A stretch of DNA of 64,000 bases from Muribaculaceae bacterium (GCA_017436845.1 JAFSCJ010000015.1:126771-190770); one strand, 5' to 3'. Counted from the first letter of the stretch, positions 38,542 to 48,707 are shown. Program-made: numbers and translations. Notes: generated by a model from the sequence alone, not told the origin.

Positions 38542-39603
38542 TTAGACATTTGTTAAAATTTTTCTTAACATAGATGTCTTTAATTCAACCTCTTGCCATT
38601 CATCATCTTCATTTGATTGCTCTGTTAAACCACCACCACCATATACACAAAAACATTTAGCATTGAAATGGACACATCTTATATTAACATAAATTTGTAG
38701 CCCGTTTTGATTAGCGACACCTACATATCCTGCATAGCAATATCGAGGATGTACCTCAAAATTCATAATATCTTCTAACGCATATTCCAAAGGATAGCCA
38801 GCCACAGCAGGCGTTGGACTAAGCTGATTTAATAAATCTACAATATTACCACCATTAAAATTGGCTTTAATTCTATGGCATAAATGCTCTATTACGCCAT
38901 ATTGAATTGTTTCTTCATTACCTACGCTCACATCAAATCCTAATCCTCCGAGCGTTTTGGTTATATATTCTGTCACATAATTATGCTCTTCAATATTTTT
39001 GTAATCCCACGGTTCGTTGTGCATTGAAGACAATCGAGTACCTGCAAGCGACATTGTTTCAAAGTATTTATCCCCAAAATTGTATTTATACAAGATTTCC
39101 GGCGTAGCACCTAACCAACATCCTGTTTCTCGCGTCATATAGGCATAGCAAAAAGCATTAGGATTGCAATTAAAATACTCTTCAATGATATCGGAACTTT
39201 TCTTAATCATTTCGCCGGTTATTACTCGTGATAATACTGTCTTACCTCCTGTTCGTTTAAGTTCTTGTATTATTTGATGAGCTTGACTACAGTATTGTAA
39301 ATATCCAGTGTCACGGGTCCATGGAGATATTTCAGGAGAAACTTTTGTCTTAAAATTTTTTGAGGCTTCTAATAACTCAATTGCAGTCATTTCAGGCTGA
39401 ATTCCAATAGTATAAGGGTAATCATTATTAAAGAAATTCACAATAAATTCTTCTCGACCATCAAAATAGGCCTTGCTTTCTTCTAATGATGACGGATTAG
39501 CAAAGAATGAAATCGTATCACTATATGGCAATGAATATACGGTAAATGGTATATTCAATGAAACACATGTATCAATTGCTTTTTTGATGTCTGTAGTAAG
39601 CAT
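38542..39603 (-). CDS. menF: isochorismate synthase
   Basis: Chorismate-binding family C-terminal motifs (PTPAVAGYP, YAGYVG, GGGLTEQSNEDDEWQE). First gene of the men operon. Confidence 0.88.
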   Translation of the reverse strand: MLTTDIKKAIDTCVSLNIPFTVYSLPYSDTISFFANPSSLEESKAYFDGREEFIVNFFNNDYPYTIGIQPEMTAIELLEASKNFKTKVSPEISPWTRDTGYLQYCSQAHQIIQELKRTGGKTVLSRVITGEMIKKSSDIIEEYFNCNPNAFCYAYMTRETGCWLGATPEILYKYNFGDKYFETMSLAGTRLSSMHNEPWDYKNIEEHNYVTEYITKTLGGLGFDVSVGNEETIQYGVIEHLCHRIKANFNGGNIVDLLNQLSPTPAVAGYPLEYALEDIMNFEVHPRYCYAGYVGVANQNGLQIYVNIRCVHFNAKCFCVYGGGGLTEQSNEDDEWQEVELKTSMLRKILTNV

Positions 39604-39616
39604 TATATTTTACCCT

Positions 39617-40915
39617 TTAGTCACAAATTGTCGCAATCAACTCAAATGGCATTGCCGATTTAATTGTTACATTGTAGAACTCTCCTATTTTCAAATCCAG
39701 ATCTTTTTCCACTAGAACTTCAGGATCTACTTCAGGTGAATCCCATTGAGTTCTTCCGATATAATAATCATTATCTTCTCGATCTATGATTATGCGCAAC
39801 GTTTGGCCTATTTTACTTTCATTTGAAGCTAAGGCAATTTCTTCTTGAATTGCCATAAGTTTAGACAAACGTTCTTGTTTTACTTCTTCAGGAATATCAT
39901 CTTTAAAATTCTTTGCTCCGTATGTGTCACCTTCTTCGCAGTAGGCAAATGCACCCATGCGCTCAAATCGTTGTTCTTTAACAAAATTGAGTAATTCTTC
40001 AAACTCACGTTCTCCCTCGCCTGGGAAACCAACCATCAAAGTTGTACGCAAGTGTAGACCAGGAACACGTCGGCGCATTTCTGCTATCAATTCGCGAGTT
40101 TCATCACCAGTTATGTGGCGACGCATATTTTTTAATACGTTGTCATTTATATGCTGTAATGCAATGTCTAAATATTTGCACACATTCTCATGACGGACCA
40201 TTACATCAAGTAATTCCATCGGAAATTGCGCCGGATAGGCATAATGTAGTCTAATCCATTGAACCCCAGAAATATTCGCTATTTTATCAACAAGTTCTGG
40301 CAGTTTCATCTCTCCATATTTATCAAGTCCATAACTTGATAAATCTTGAGCTATTATATTAAATTCTTTAACGCCACGACTCACAAGCATTTTTACCTCT
40401 TCGGTAATTTCTTCTATTGGACGAGATGTGAATCGTCCTGTAATAAGTGGGATAGCGCAGAATGAACAAAAACGATTACATCCTTCAGCGATTTTTAGGT
40501 AGGCATGGTGAGAAGGTGTTGTAATAATGCGATCATATTTTGTAGTACTTTGCGCATTTAAAGTTATGTCCGACACTAATTTATTCCAATCAAACTTGCC
40601 ATACCAACCATCTACTTCTGGTATCTCCATCATCAAGTCATCCCGATAACGCTCTGATAGACAGCCCATCACATAAATCGCAGATAGTAATTTCGCTTTT
40701 TTAGCTTCTACATGTTCCAATATCGTTTCAATGGATTCCTCTTTAGCATCACCAATGAACCCACATGTATTAATAACAACAATATCTCCGTCAACATGTT
40801 TCGCCTCATGATGAGCGTCAAATCCGGCATCAATAAATAATTTTAATACACGTTCAGAATCAACAAGGTTTTTAGAGCAACCAAGTGTTATTACATTTAC
40901 TCGTTTACCGGCCAT
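39617..40915 (-). CDS. rimO: ribosomal protein S12 methylthiotransferase
   Basis: N-terminal VITLGCSKN, radical-SAM CNRFCSFC, C-terminal TRAM region. 432 aa. Confidence 0.92.
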   Translation of the reverse strand: MAGKRVNVITLGCSKNLVDSERVLKLFIDAGFDAHHEAKHVDGDIVVINTCGFIGDAKEESIETILEHVEAKKAKLLSAIYVMGCLSERYRDDLMMEIPEVDGWYGKFDWNKLVSDITLNAQSTTKYDRIITTPSHHAYLKIAEGCNRFCSFCAIPLITGRFTSRPIEEITEEVKMLVSRGVKEFNIIAQDLSSYGLDKYGEMKLPELVDKIANISGVQWIRLHYAYPAQFPMELLDVMVRHENVCKYLDIALQHINDNVLKNMRRHITGDETRELIAEMRRRVPGLHLRTTLMVGFPGEGEREFEELLNFVKEQRFERMGAFAYCEEGDTYGAKNFKDDIPEEVKQERLSKLMAIQEEIALASNESKIGQTLRIIIDREDNDYYIGRTQWDSPEVDPEVLVEKDLDLKIGEFYNVTIKSAMPFELIATICD

Positions 40916-40918
40916 TTA

Positions 40919-41878
40919 TCAATTCCCAAATAACGATTCCACAAATTCTTTTTTATGGAATACTTGTAAATCATCAATACCCTCTCCTAATCCAATATAT
41001 TTTACCGGAATTTTAAATTGATCACTGATACCTATTACCACACCACCTTTTGCTGTGCCATCAAGTTTTGTGATTGCAAGTTCGTTAACATTAGTTGCTG
41101 CAACAAATTGACGTGCTTGTTCAAAGGCATTTTGTCCGGTAGAACCATCAAGGACAAGTAATACCTCATGTGGAGCTTCAGGCACAAGTTTTTGCATCAC
41201 ATTACGGATTTTTGTCAGTTCGTCCATCAATCCTTTTTTATTATGAAGACGACCTGCTGTATCAATTATTACAACATCAATATCATTAGCCAAAGCAGAT
41301 GATAAGGTATCATATGCAACAGAAGCAGGATCCGCGCCTAACTTTTGCTTGATAACAGGAACTCCTGCTCGCTCACCCCATATATCAAGTTGCTCAACGG
41401 CAGCAGCTCTGAAGGTATCAGCTGCGCCAAGCATTACTTTATTCCCCGCATTTTTGAATTGATGGGCAAGTTTGCCTATTGTTGTGGTCTTACCTACTCC
41501 ATTTACCCCAACCACCATAATCACATGAGGTTTACGATTAGCTGGAACGGTAAAATCATCAAGAGATGATTCATTATTGTTTTCGGCAAGTAGCTCAGTA
41601 ATTTCCTCACACAATAAACGATTAAGTTCGTCCGAACTTACATATTTATCACGAGCAACACGCTTTTCAATGCGCTCAATTATTTTTAATGTTGTTTCGA
41701 CGCCAACATCTGATGTAATAAATACTTCTTCAAGGTTATCAAGAATTTCATCATCAATTTTAGATTTACCGGCAATCGCATGAGCGATTTTAGCAAATAC
41801 ACCCTGTTTTGTGCGTTCAAGGCCCTTGTCAAGAGTTTCTTTTTTTTCCTTTGAAAAAAATCTACTAAATATACCCAT
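40919..41878 (-). CDS. ftsY: signal recognition particle receptor FtsY
   Basis: GVNGVGKTTTIGKLA, DTAGRLH and TKLDGTAKGG motifs. 319 aa. Confidence 0.95.
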   Translation of the reverse strand: MGIFSRFFSKEKKETLDKGLERTKQGVFAKIAHAIAGKSKIDDEILDNLEEVFITSDVGVETTLKIIERIEKRVARDKYVSSDELNRLLCEEITELLAENNNESSLDDFTVPANRKPHVIMVVGVNGVGKTTTIGKLAHQFKNAGNKVMLGAADTFRAAAVEQLDIWGERAGVPVIKQKLGADPASVAYDTLSSALANDIDVVIIDTAGRLHNKKGLMDELTKIRNVMQKLVPEAPHEVLLVLDGSTGQNAFEQARQFVAATNVNELAITKLDGTAKGGVVIGISDQFKIPVKYIGLGEGIDDLQVFHKKEFVESLFGN

Positions 41879-41906
41879 CTGTTAAAGTCTAATGTTTATT
41901 TCTTTA

Positions 41907-41914
41907 CAAAGTTA
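41907..41914 (-). promoter_or_regulatory. -7 promoter box (TAacTTTG on minus strand) for ftsY-rimO-men
   Basis: The plus strand reads caaagtta, 29 nt upstream of ftsY ATG 41878. Confidence 0.5.
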
Positions 41915-42274
41915 CAAATTTTAAATTTTATAACATATAATTACACGTCAAAATCCATATAAATTAATAAAATGCTATTAATGTTTTAGTGTAAATAATC
42001 ATCTTAACAACAAGTTTTAATCAGTAAGGCGTTTATTCTTAAAAAACATATTGGCGAAGTCCTTTCCTTTATCATTATCAATGAATGGGAAGTTGTAAGC
42101 GACTAAGATTATTATTTGTTAATACTAAGTGTTTATATAGTTATGCACGTCATAAATGTCTCGATAATGTTCATAATGGTTATTATATATACAAGTTTAA
42201 ATATAATTTAGTGATAATAAATTCAGTGCCCTATACATAAAGATTGTTAGAATGATACTAAAAAACTTTTCATA

Positions 42275-42321
42275 TTTAAATAGAAGAGGCTGTGACAAAA
42301 TTTCCATTTTGATACAGCCTC
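42275..42321 (-). terminator. hairpin terminator after the coiled-coil lipoprotein gene
   Basis: GAGGCTGT (42286-42293) pairs with ACAGCCTC (42314-42321). On the minus strand it is followed by ttctatttaaa. Confidence 0.5.
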
Positions 42322-42344
42322 CACAATTGATAATAATTAAAGTT

Positions 42345-43205
42345 TTAATTAACCTGTATAACTAAGTAATTGGTTAAGCTCCAAAATTTATCCGCATTAA
42401 TAATCTTAATAGTTTTAAGCCCATTTTCGTCAATAATTTCATAAGAATCTTGAGGCTGATTAGTTAAAATTTGAGCTTTCTTTGCATGTGTAGGTATTGA
42501 TGTTAGGGTTCGTTTATCTGCTGTTGTAAAATAGCTCTGTTCAAAATCGCCTTTCATTATTTTTGTTTTCTTGAGAAAGCCAGTTTCTATAATTTTATGT
42601 TCTTTCAATTCAGATTTGGAACCAACAGCATAGAAACATGTGTTTAATTCGTTTGCCAAATTAATCGATTCTTCTTGTGCGATTTCTTTTTCCTGCGTAA
42701 CATTAGCAACAGTGGTATTTAATGAATCAACGGCCATATCAAGTTCTTCAATCTTAATATTTGCAGCAGCCAAACTACCACGCAAGTCTGATATTGTTTG
42801 TTGCTGTTGTGCTATCTCAGCATTTAAGTTTTCGATTGTTTTCTTTAATGTGGAACTATAATATTGTGAGTTTTTAAGCTTTTTCTCTAATTCAACAAGA
42901 CGCTCTCTACGTACTTGTAATTCATGTTGAATTGCAACAATATCATTGCGCAATTGCTCCTTTTTTGATTGTGTTTCAGTACTTAAATCAGTTGATGATG
43001 TGAGAATATTTTCAATACCTTTAATTTTATTCACTCCATCACTAATTTCATTAATCAACATAAAAAGGCTATCTTGGTTTGCAAGAGCAACGCTCAAAGA
43101 GTCCCCTAATACGACATTACGTTCTTCTGCTTGTTTTAGTTTTTCTCCATTACACGCTGTGAGCAAAATTGCCCCAATAAAAATAATTGAAGATAATTTT
43201 TTCAT
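42345..43205 (-). CDS. coiled-coil lipoprotein, unknown function
   Basis: Lipobox ILLTAC and long heptad-like Q/E/L-rich regions. 286 aa. Confidence 0.75.
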   Translation of the reverse strand: MKKLSSIIFIGAILLTACNGEKLKQAEERNVVLGDSLSVALANQDSLFMLINEISDGVNKIKGIENILTSSTDLSTETQSKKEQLRNDIVAIQHELQVRRERLVELEKKLKNSQYYSSTLKKTIENLNAEIAQQQQTISDLRGSLAAANIKIEELDMAVDSLNTTVANVTQEKEIAQEESINLANELNTCFYAVGSKSELKEHKIIETGFLKKTKIMKGDFEQSYFTTADKRTLTSIPTHAKKAQILTNQPQDSYEIIDENGLKTIKIINADKFWSLTNYLVIQVN

Positions 43206-43235
43206 ACCATTTGCATTTTATAGTTAATATATGAT

Positions 43236-43955
43236 TTATTCATCTCTGTATTTATTTCGATGTTGTTTTTTTTCAGGTTTGCCATTATATCCGCTAACAA
43301 CAATAACAATTTCACCACGGGGATTGTTTACAGTGAAATATTCCACAAGTTCTTTTAATGTACCTCGATGTGTTGTATCATGAAGTTTTGATATCTCACG
43401 TGACACTGATGCTTCTCGCTCATTTCCACATATTTCCGCAAGTTGTTGCAATGTTTTTACGAGACGCAATGGGGACTCATATATTATAAATGTACGCGTA
43501 TCCATTGCAAGTTCCGCAAGACGAGTTGCCCTACCTTTTTTCTGCGGCAAAAAACCCTCAAAACAGAATCTTTCGCATGGTAAACCAGAATTAACCAAGG
43601 CCGGAACAAATGCGGTGGCCCCAGGTAATGTCTCAACTTCTATATTACGGCGACGACACTCTCTCACAATAAGAAATCCCGGATCAGATATTGCCGGAGT
43701 CCCGGCATCACTAACTAATGCAATAGTTTCTCCTCCTTCTAATCGACGCATTATGGGCTCAATTGTCTCGTGTTCGTTAAATTTATGATGGCTTATCATT
43801 GGTACTGTAATACCAAAATGCCTCATAAGTACCCCACTTGTGCGAGTATCTTCTGCAAGGATCAATGAACTTTTTTGTAATATTTTTATTGCTCGAGGTG
43901 TCATATCCTCAAGATTTCCAACCGGAGTTGGAACTATATATAATTTCCCACTCAT
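43236..43955 (-). CDS. rsmI: 16S rRNA (cytidine1402-2'-O)-methyltransferase
   Basis: LYIVPTPVGNLEDMT, LAEDTR and SDAGTPAISDPG motifs. 239 aa. Confidence 0.92.
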   Translation of the reverse strand: MSGKLYIVPTPVGNLEDMTPRAIKILQKSSLILAEDTRTSGVLMRHFGITVPMISHHKFNEHETIEPIMRRLEGGETIALVSDAGTPAISDPGFLIVRECRRRNIEVETLPGATAFVPALVNSGLPCERFCFEGFLPQKKGRATRLAELAMDTRTFIIYESPLRLVKTLQQLAEICGNEREASVSREISKLHDTTHRGTLKELVEYFTVNNPRGEIVIVVSGYNGKPEKKQHRNKYRDE

Positions 43956-43957
43956 AA

Positions 43958-44683
43958 TTAATCTGCAAAATAGAGAGCGATAATATTCATAAAATCCCTC
44001 ACCTCTTCATTCTCTTGATCCCACTCAAGATCTCCATAGAAATACTCCTCGGCTTCTGTTAATGACGTCATCGCAGAAACAAGATTTATCATATCGATAA
44101 ATTCAGTGTCGCTATTTCCAAACAACTCGCGACGGAAACGATATTTATCGTTTATTGTAAATGCATGTTTTAAATCTTTTGAATTTTGACGAGTAAGTTT
44201 TTCTTCCAATGTTTTTATTGAGATTTCAATTCCATTATCAGATTTTTCTGATAGTTCTACCGCTTCCATTTCTATGACTTCAATCTCATCATTTACAACC
44301 TCAATGGATTCAGACTCATCAATAAATACAGAATCATAATGGTTTTCATCTATAGTGATATCATCTGATTCAATTACTTCTGTCTCTTGAAGGTCAAAAT
44401 TCGAAGATAATTCTTGCGGTATGTTATCTGTTATCACCTCGTCTATTTCAGTAGGAAAATCTTCGTGATTGACGTTAGGTTCTTGCTTATTTATTGTTTG
44501 TCTTAATTGGTTGGTGCAAGTAATCGCGTCCAAATTATCAATTACATCTTGGAATGACACAATTTTTTCCTTAATCAATGAGATTAATTCATATGGGAGG
44601 TTTTCAGATTTATTTTCTGCCAATAAAACCAATCCTTCAATCTCATATATAATACGCCATAAATCTTTGATGTTATCGTCCAT
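43958..44683 (-). CDS. hypothetical acidic protein
   Basis: 241 aa with a highly acidic centre. The C-terminal FTINDKYRFRRELFGNS segment resembles a widespread uncharacterised Bacteroidetes motif. It starts 2 nt before rsmI. Confidence 0.7.
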   Translation of the reverse strand: MDDNIKDLWRIIYEIEGLVLLAENKSENLPYELISLIKEKIVSFQDVIDNLDAITCTNQLRQTINKQEPNVNHEDFPTEIDEVITDNIPQELSSNFDLQETEVIESDDITIDENHYDSVFIDESESIEVVNDEIEVIEMEAVELSEKSDNGIEISIKTLEEKLTRQNSKDLKHAFTINDKYRFRRELFGNSDTEFIDMINLVSAMTSLTEAEEYFYGDLEWDQENEEVRDFMNIIALYFAD

Positions 44684-44718
44684 AGCAATAATATATTAAT
44701 TTGTAATGCAAACTTATA

Positions 44719-46068
44719 TTAAAATATTTGCAATAACAAGCGTTCTATATCTTTTCTCAACTCATTACGCTTACAAAAGAAGTTATTAATCATTATAACA
44801 ACTATATGAGTTGGTTCACCTTTTTCATTCAATTTATATCCCCCATAACATTGAACACCATCCATACTGCCTGTTTTCAGAGCAAATCGACCCTTCAATC
44901 TTGTATTAGATAGAAAATTTTTTAATGTGCCATCATACCCCGACTTTGGAAATAACGTTACATAATCAGAACTTAAGTCGCTATAATACATATATCTATA
45001 TATATTAGCAATAAAGCGAGGGGTAAGCCTATCAACTCGAGACAACCCAGATCCATCACGTAGAGATATTGTATTGCAATTAATCCCAATTTGCTTAAAT
45101 TTTGAAATGACCGAGTCAATCGCATTTCCCATTGGATTTATTGACTGCATCATTCCTTCGGCAAAAAGATTATCACTTCTCACCATAAGGCTACGCAATA
45201 TTTCGTCTCGTTTAGGAGACTTATGACAATATATAGACATTGTGTCGTTTTTTACTACATATTTTTTTTTTGAGATTGAAATTCCGGATAATGTTAATCG
45301 CGATTTTAAATCATAAACAAAAACAAGAGCGGGATTAGGCATAGAACAGCTTATTTCATAATTAGATATAGTGGGCTTTATTGTGCCAGATACGGCTAAA
45401 TTGTTAGATAATGATGACCTTGTGAGTGACACATTATTCTCTTTGCCTAAAACTAAATTATTCTCGATAACTAAATTAGGTATTTTTTGGGAAACATATA
45501 TCGTATCTGTTGCTGAAGGTATACATATTTTAAAACTATTGTCGTTATAATTAAATGCTTTCAGTTCTGCACCATAATCCCAGACAATATCTTCAATCAT
45601 CCATGTGGATGATACATTATCAAGTTTTACATGAGCTGAATTTATAATTATATCTCCATTCAGTTTTCTTACGCCCATTGATTTAAGTTTATTCACGATT
45701 TGGTCTATAAAGCCTTTTTTATTGGGGAAATGTTCTGAATCAATAGTCGGATCCCCACATGCGTCGATAATAATGTCGCAATTTAAATCTCCATCATAAA
45801 CGATTGTATCACCAACCGCATAAATGGGAGTTTTAAATTGAAAGTCCTTTTCTAATAACAGCATTACCGCCGCCGATGTTATTGATTTAGTTACTGATGC
45901 AGGTGTCATCGCTTTACTTTCGTTTTGAGATGCTACAACCTTTCCATTTCTTAAATCTTCAATATAAATTCCAATGGTGGACGCTTCTACATCGGGGAAA
46001 TGAAGTAGATTATCAGCATTAATACTTATTGCAATAAGCAAAACTATAAATAGAGCAATTTTTCTCAT
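44719..46068 (-). CDS. dacB: D-alanyl-D-alanine carboxypeptidase/endopeptidase (PBP4 family)
   Basis: Signal peptide, SxxK motif PASVTKSITS, SDN-type motif VRSDNLFAE and KTG motif LKTGSM. 449 aa. Confidence 0.85.
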   Translation of the reverse strand: MRKIALFIVLLIAISINADNLLHFPDVEASTIGIYIEDLRNGKVVASQNESKAMTPASVTKSITSAAVMLLLEKDFQFKTPIYAVGDTIVYDGDLNCDIIIDACGDPTIDSEHFPNKKGFIDQIVNKLKSMGVRKLNGDIIINSAHVKLDNVSSTWMIEDIVWDYGAELKAFNYNDNSFKICIPSATDTIYVSQKIPNLVIENNLVLGKENNVSLTRSSLSNNLAVSGTIKPTISNYEISCSMPNPALVFVYDLKSRLTLSGISISKKKYVVKNDTMSIYCHKSPKRDEILRSLMVRSDNLFAEGMMQSINPMGNAIDSVISKFKQIGINCNTISLRDGSGLSRVDRLTPRFIANIYRYMYYSDLSSDYVTLFPKSGYDGTLKNFLSNTRLKGRFALKTGSMDGVQCYGGYKLNEKGEPTHIVVIMINNFFCKRNELRKDIERLLLQIF

Positions 46069-46125
46069 ATCAATATTATTTTGTTACAAATATTAGTACG
46101 AATTTACAATAAAATATTCCATTCT

Positions 46126-46210
46126 GGAAATTTTTGTACAAATGTCCGAAAAATATGCATTTTTATCTTTTGTTATTGCGGGAAATTTGTTAATTTCGCA
46201 CAGAATTTCC
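46126..46210. promoter_or_regulatory. cluster of GGAAATT(T) / AATTTCC repeats, candidate TetR operator region
   Basis: GGAAATTT at 46126-46133. GGAAATT at 46181-46187, with AATTTC at 46192-46197 (4-nt spacer). AATTTCC at 46204-46210. All lie in the 157-bp region upstream of the TetR gene. Confidence 0.4.
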
Positions 46211-46225
46211 AAAAGTGTGCAATAA

Positions 46226-46807
46226 ATGGTTCTCAAAACTCGTGAAAGGCTAATTGAAGTGGCTCGTCAACTCTTTACGAATAAAGGGATTGAGAATACT
46301 ACTATGACTGACATTGCAAATGCGTCAGATAAAGGTCGTCGCACAATCTATACATATTTTAAAAATAAACGCGAAATATATAATGCCGTAATAGAACAAG
46401 AAAGTGAGCAGTTAGTATCTCAACTACGAGATATAAATTCATTAAAAGCTTCTCCAACAGAGAAATTACGAAACTTTTTAGTTCTACGATTTGAGATGTT
46501 CAATGACACTTTAAGTCGCCAAGATAGCTTTCGCGCTTTATTTAATCGAGAAGTTAAACGAGTTGGCCGAATAAGAAAACTTGTAACATCAAAAGAGATA
46601 GAAATTTTAAAAGCAATACTTGACGAAGGGGTGGCAAAATTGGAATTCCAGCCAGAGCAGGTCAATCGGCTCATTCCTTTAATACAAATGCTACTACAAG
46701 GTATTGATTGTTCTATATTTAGAGGGAATACTACGGAAGAAGATTGTAATGGAAGTATTACTAATGAGAATATTATAAATTTTATATTAGAAGGGTTAAA
46801 ACTATAA
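46226..46807 (+). CDS. TetR/AcrR family transcriptional regulator
   Basis: N-terminal HTH ARQLFTNKGIENTTMTDIANASDKGRRTIYTYFKNK. 193 aa. Confidence 0.88.
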   Translation: MVLKTRERLIEVARQLFTNKGIENTTMTDIANASDKGRRTIYTYFKNKREIYNAVIEQESEQLVSQLRDINSLKASPTEKLRNFLVLRFEMFNDTLSRQDSFRALFNREVKRVGRIRKLVTSKEIEILKAILDEGVAKLEFQPEQVNRLIPLIQMLLQGIDCSIFRGNTTEEDCNGSITNENIINFILEGLKL

Positions 46808-46812
46808 TTATA

Positions 46813-47757
46813 ATGTATATTAATTCAACAGGTTATTATATTCCAGAGGGGAGAGTTTACAATGATCACTTTTTAGATATTAATGGTCTTACAAGTGATT
46901 GGATTTTAAAACGTACAGGCATCTATTCTCGTTCAAAAGCAGCAGAAAATGAGGGGCATAACTCAATGGGGTTAAATGCTATAGCTGATGCTGTTTCAAA
47001 ACTCTCTTATGATATCAAAGATATTGATTTAATTGTGTCAGCGTCATATTCTCCATATGATACGGTTGCAACATTAGCTCATATCACACAACAAAAATAT
47101 AATATATCCAATATGAAGGCAGTATATGCTTCCGCTGCATGTTCTTCTTTTGTTAATGGGTTGGAAATCATAGAAGGGTATTTTGCGATGGGTAAAGCTC
47201 AAAAAGCATTATTAGTATGCTCTGAACATAATACATATTACAGCAATGAAAATGATCCAAAATGTGGACACTTATGGGGAGATGGTGCTGTCGCATTTTT
47301 CTTGTCATCTGAACGACAAAGTGAGAAAGATGCTGAAATTAAGCACATATACACTCGAGGGTTGGGTAATATTAGTAAGGGACCTGAAGGTGTACGTTTA
47401 AGGCCAAGAGAAGATGGGATAGCAATGCCGGATGGTAGAGATGTCTTTATTCATGCTTGTAAATATATGATACAAGCCCTTGATGGTGTTACTTCCCCAG
47501 AGAACATGGAGGTACAAGATCTCTCATACATCATTTGCCATCAAGCTAATAAACGCATAGTTGTCAATGTTGCTCATCAATTAAAATTAAATGATGATAA
47601 GTTTTTAAATAATATAGAGGAATTGGGTAATACTGGTTCCGCAAGTGCAGCAATTGTATTCGCTCAAAATAGAGATAAATTCAAAAAAGGAGATCGAATT
47701 GGGCTGACTGTTTTTGGAGGCGGTTATTCTTGTGGCGCATTTATGGTTGAAATCTAA
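46813..47757 (+). CDS. 3-oxoacyl-ACP synthase III-like (KAS III / FabH family) condensing enzyme
   Basis: Cys-His-Asn triad candidates in SAACSSF, ICHQANKRI and LGNTGSASA. 314 aa. It starts 5 nt after the TetR gene stop. Confidence 0.82.
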   Translation: MYINSTGYYIPEGRVYNDHFLDINGLTSDWILKRTGIYSRSKAAENEGHNSMGLNAIADAVSKLSYDIKDIDLIVSASYSPYDTVATLAHITQQKYNISNMKAVYASAACSSFVNGLEIIEGYFAMGKAQKALLVCSEHNTYYSNENDPKCGHLWGDGAVAFFLSSERQSEKDAEIKHIYTRGLGNISKGPEGVRLRPREDGIAMPDGRDVFIHACKYMIQALDGVTSPENMEVQDLSYIICHQANKRIVVNVAHQLKLNDDKFLNNIEELGNTGSASAAIVFAQNRDKFKKGDRIGLTVFGGGYSCGAFMVEI

Positions 47758-47766
47758 GATTTTTAT

Positions 47767-47774
47767 TAACTTTG
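47767..47774 (+). promoter_or_regulatory. -7 promoter box (TAacTTTG) for fabG
   Basis: Exact TAnnTTTG match 43 nt upstream of ATG 47817. Confidence 0.45.
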
Positions 47775-47816
47775 CAATAAATTAAATAACGAATAATTAC
47801 AAAATAAAAATAAATC

Positions 47817-48563
47817 ATGAAACTACTTGAAGGTAAAACCGCTCTCATCACAGGTGCAGCTCGCGGTATTGGTAAAGCTCTTGCAATAAAATTTGCCCAA
47901 GAAGGTGCAAATATTGCATTTACAGACTTAGTTATTGACGAAAACGGAAAACAAACTGAAGCAGAAATAGCTGCTTTTGGTGTGAAAGTCAAAGGATATG
48001 CTTCAAATGCCGCCGATTTCAACCAAACAAAAGAAGTTGTAGCGGAAGTTCATAAAGATTTTGGCTCAGTAGACATTTTGGTTAATAATGCCGGAATTAC
48101 AAAAGATGGTCTTATGATGCGTATGACTGAACAACAATGGGATGCGGTTATCGCAGTAAATCTCAAAAGTGCATTCAACTTTATTAATGCATCTCTTCCC
48201 ATTATGATGCGTCAACGCTCAGGCAGTATAATTAATATGGCGTCTGTTGTAGGTGTACATGGTAATGCCGGGCAATCTAATTATGCTGCGTCTAAAGCGG
48301 GACTTATTGCTTTGGCAAAAAGTATTGCCCAAGAAGTGGGCTCTCGTGGCATTCGCGCTAATGCTATCGCTCCGGGATTTATTGAAACCGCAATGACAGC
48401 TGCTCTCCCAGAAGAAGTGCGTCAAGAATGGGCAAAGAAAATCCCTTTACGTCGTGGCGGTCAAGTTGAAGACATTGCTAATGTTGCTACATTCCTTGCA
48501 TCTGATATGTCAAGCTATGTAACCGGTCAAGTAATTCAAGTTGATGGTGGTATGAATATGTAA
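47817..48563 (+). CDS. fabG: 3-oxoacyl-ACP reductase
   Basis: TGAARGIGKA, NNAG and YAASKAG (YxxxK) motifs. 248 aa. Confidence 0.92.
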   Translation: MKLLEGKTALITGAARGIGKALAIKFAQEGANIAFTDLVIDENGKQTEAEIAAFGVKVKGYASNAADFNQTKEVVAEVHKDFGSVDILVNNAGITKDGLMMRMTEQQWDAVIAVNLKSAFNFINASLPIMMRQRSGSIINMASVVGVHGNAGQSNYAASKAGLIALAKSIAQEVGSRGIRANAIAPGFIETAMTAALPEEVRQEWAKKIPLRRGGQVEDIANVATFLASDMSSYVTGQVIQVDGGMNM

Positions 48564-48585
48564 TTAAATACATATATACATATAT

Positions 48586-48622
48586 AAACGGCATTTTCTT
48601 TTGAGAATGCCGTTTTGCTTTT
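48586..48622 (+). terminator. rho-independent terminator after fabG
   Basis: AAACGGCATTTTC pairs with GAGAATGCCGTTT (13 bp including one G-U pair, TTTT loop), followed by tgctttt. Confidence 0.75.
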
Positions 48623-48680
48623 ATAAAGATTATATTTTTATCATTTAACAAACTCATTTTGTTATTTCATAGAATTAAGC

Positions 48681-48688
48681 TAACTTTG
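48681..48688 (+). promoter_or_regulatory. -7 promoter box (TAacTTTG)
   Basis: Exact TAnnTTTG match 20 nt upstream of ATG 48708. Confidence 0.5.
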
Positions 48689-48707
48689 AACTCAAGTTAT
48701 TATTTAT

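Noticed and set aside
41879-42344. Looked for small ribosomal-protein genes (rpmB/rpmG-type) or a tRNA in the long gap upstream of ftsY
   Set aside because: No ORF over about 23 codons occurs on either strand, and there is no GTTCRAnnC T-loop with GC-rich arms. It is only reported as an unexplained gap.
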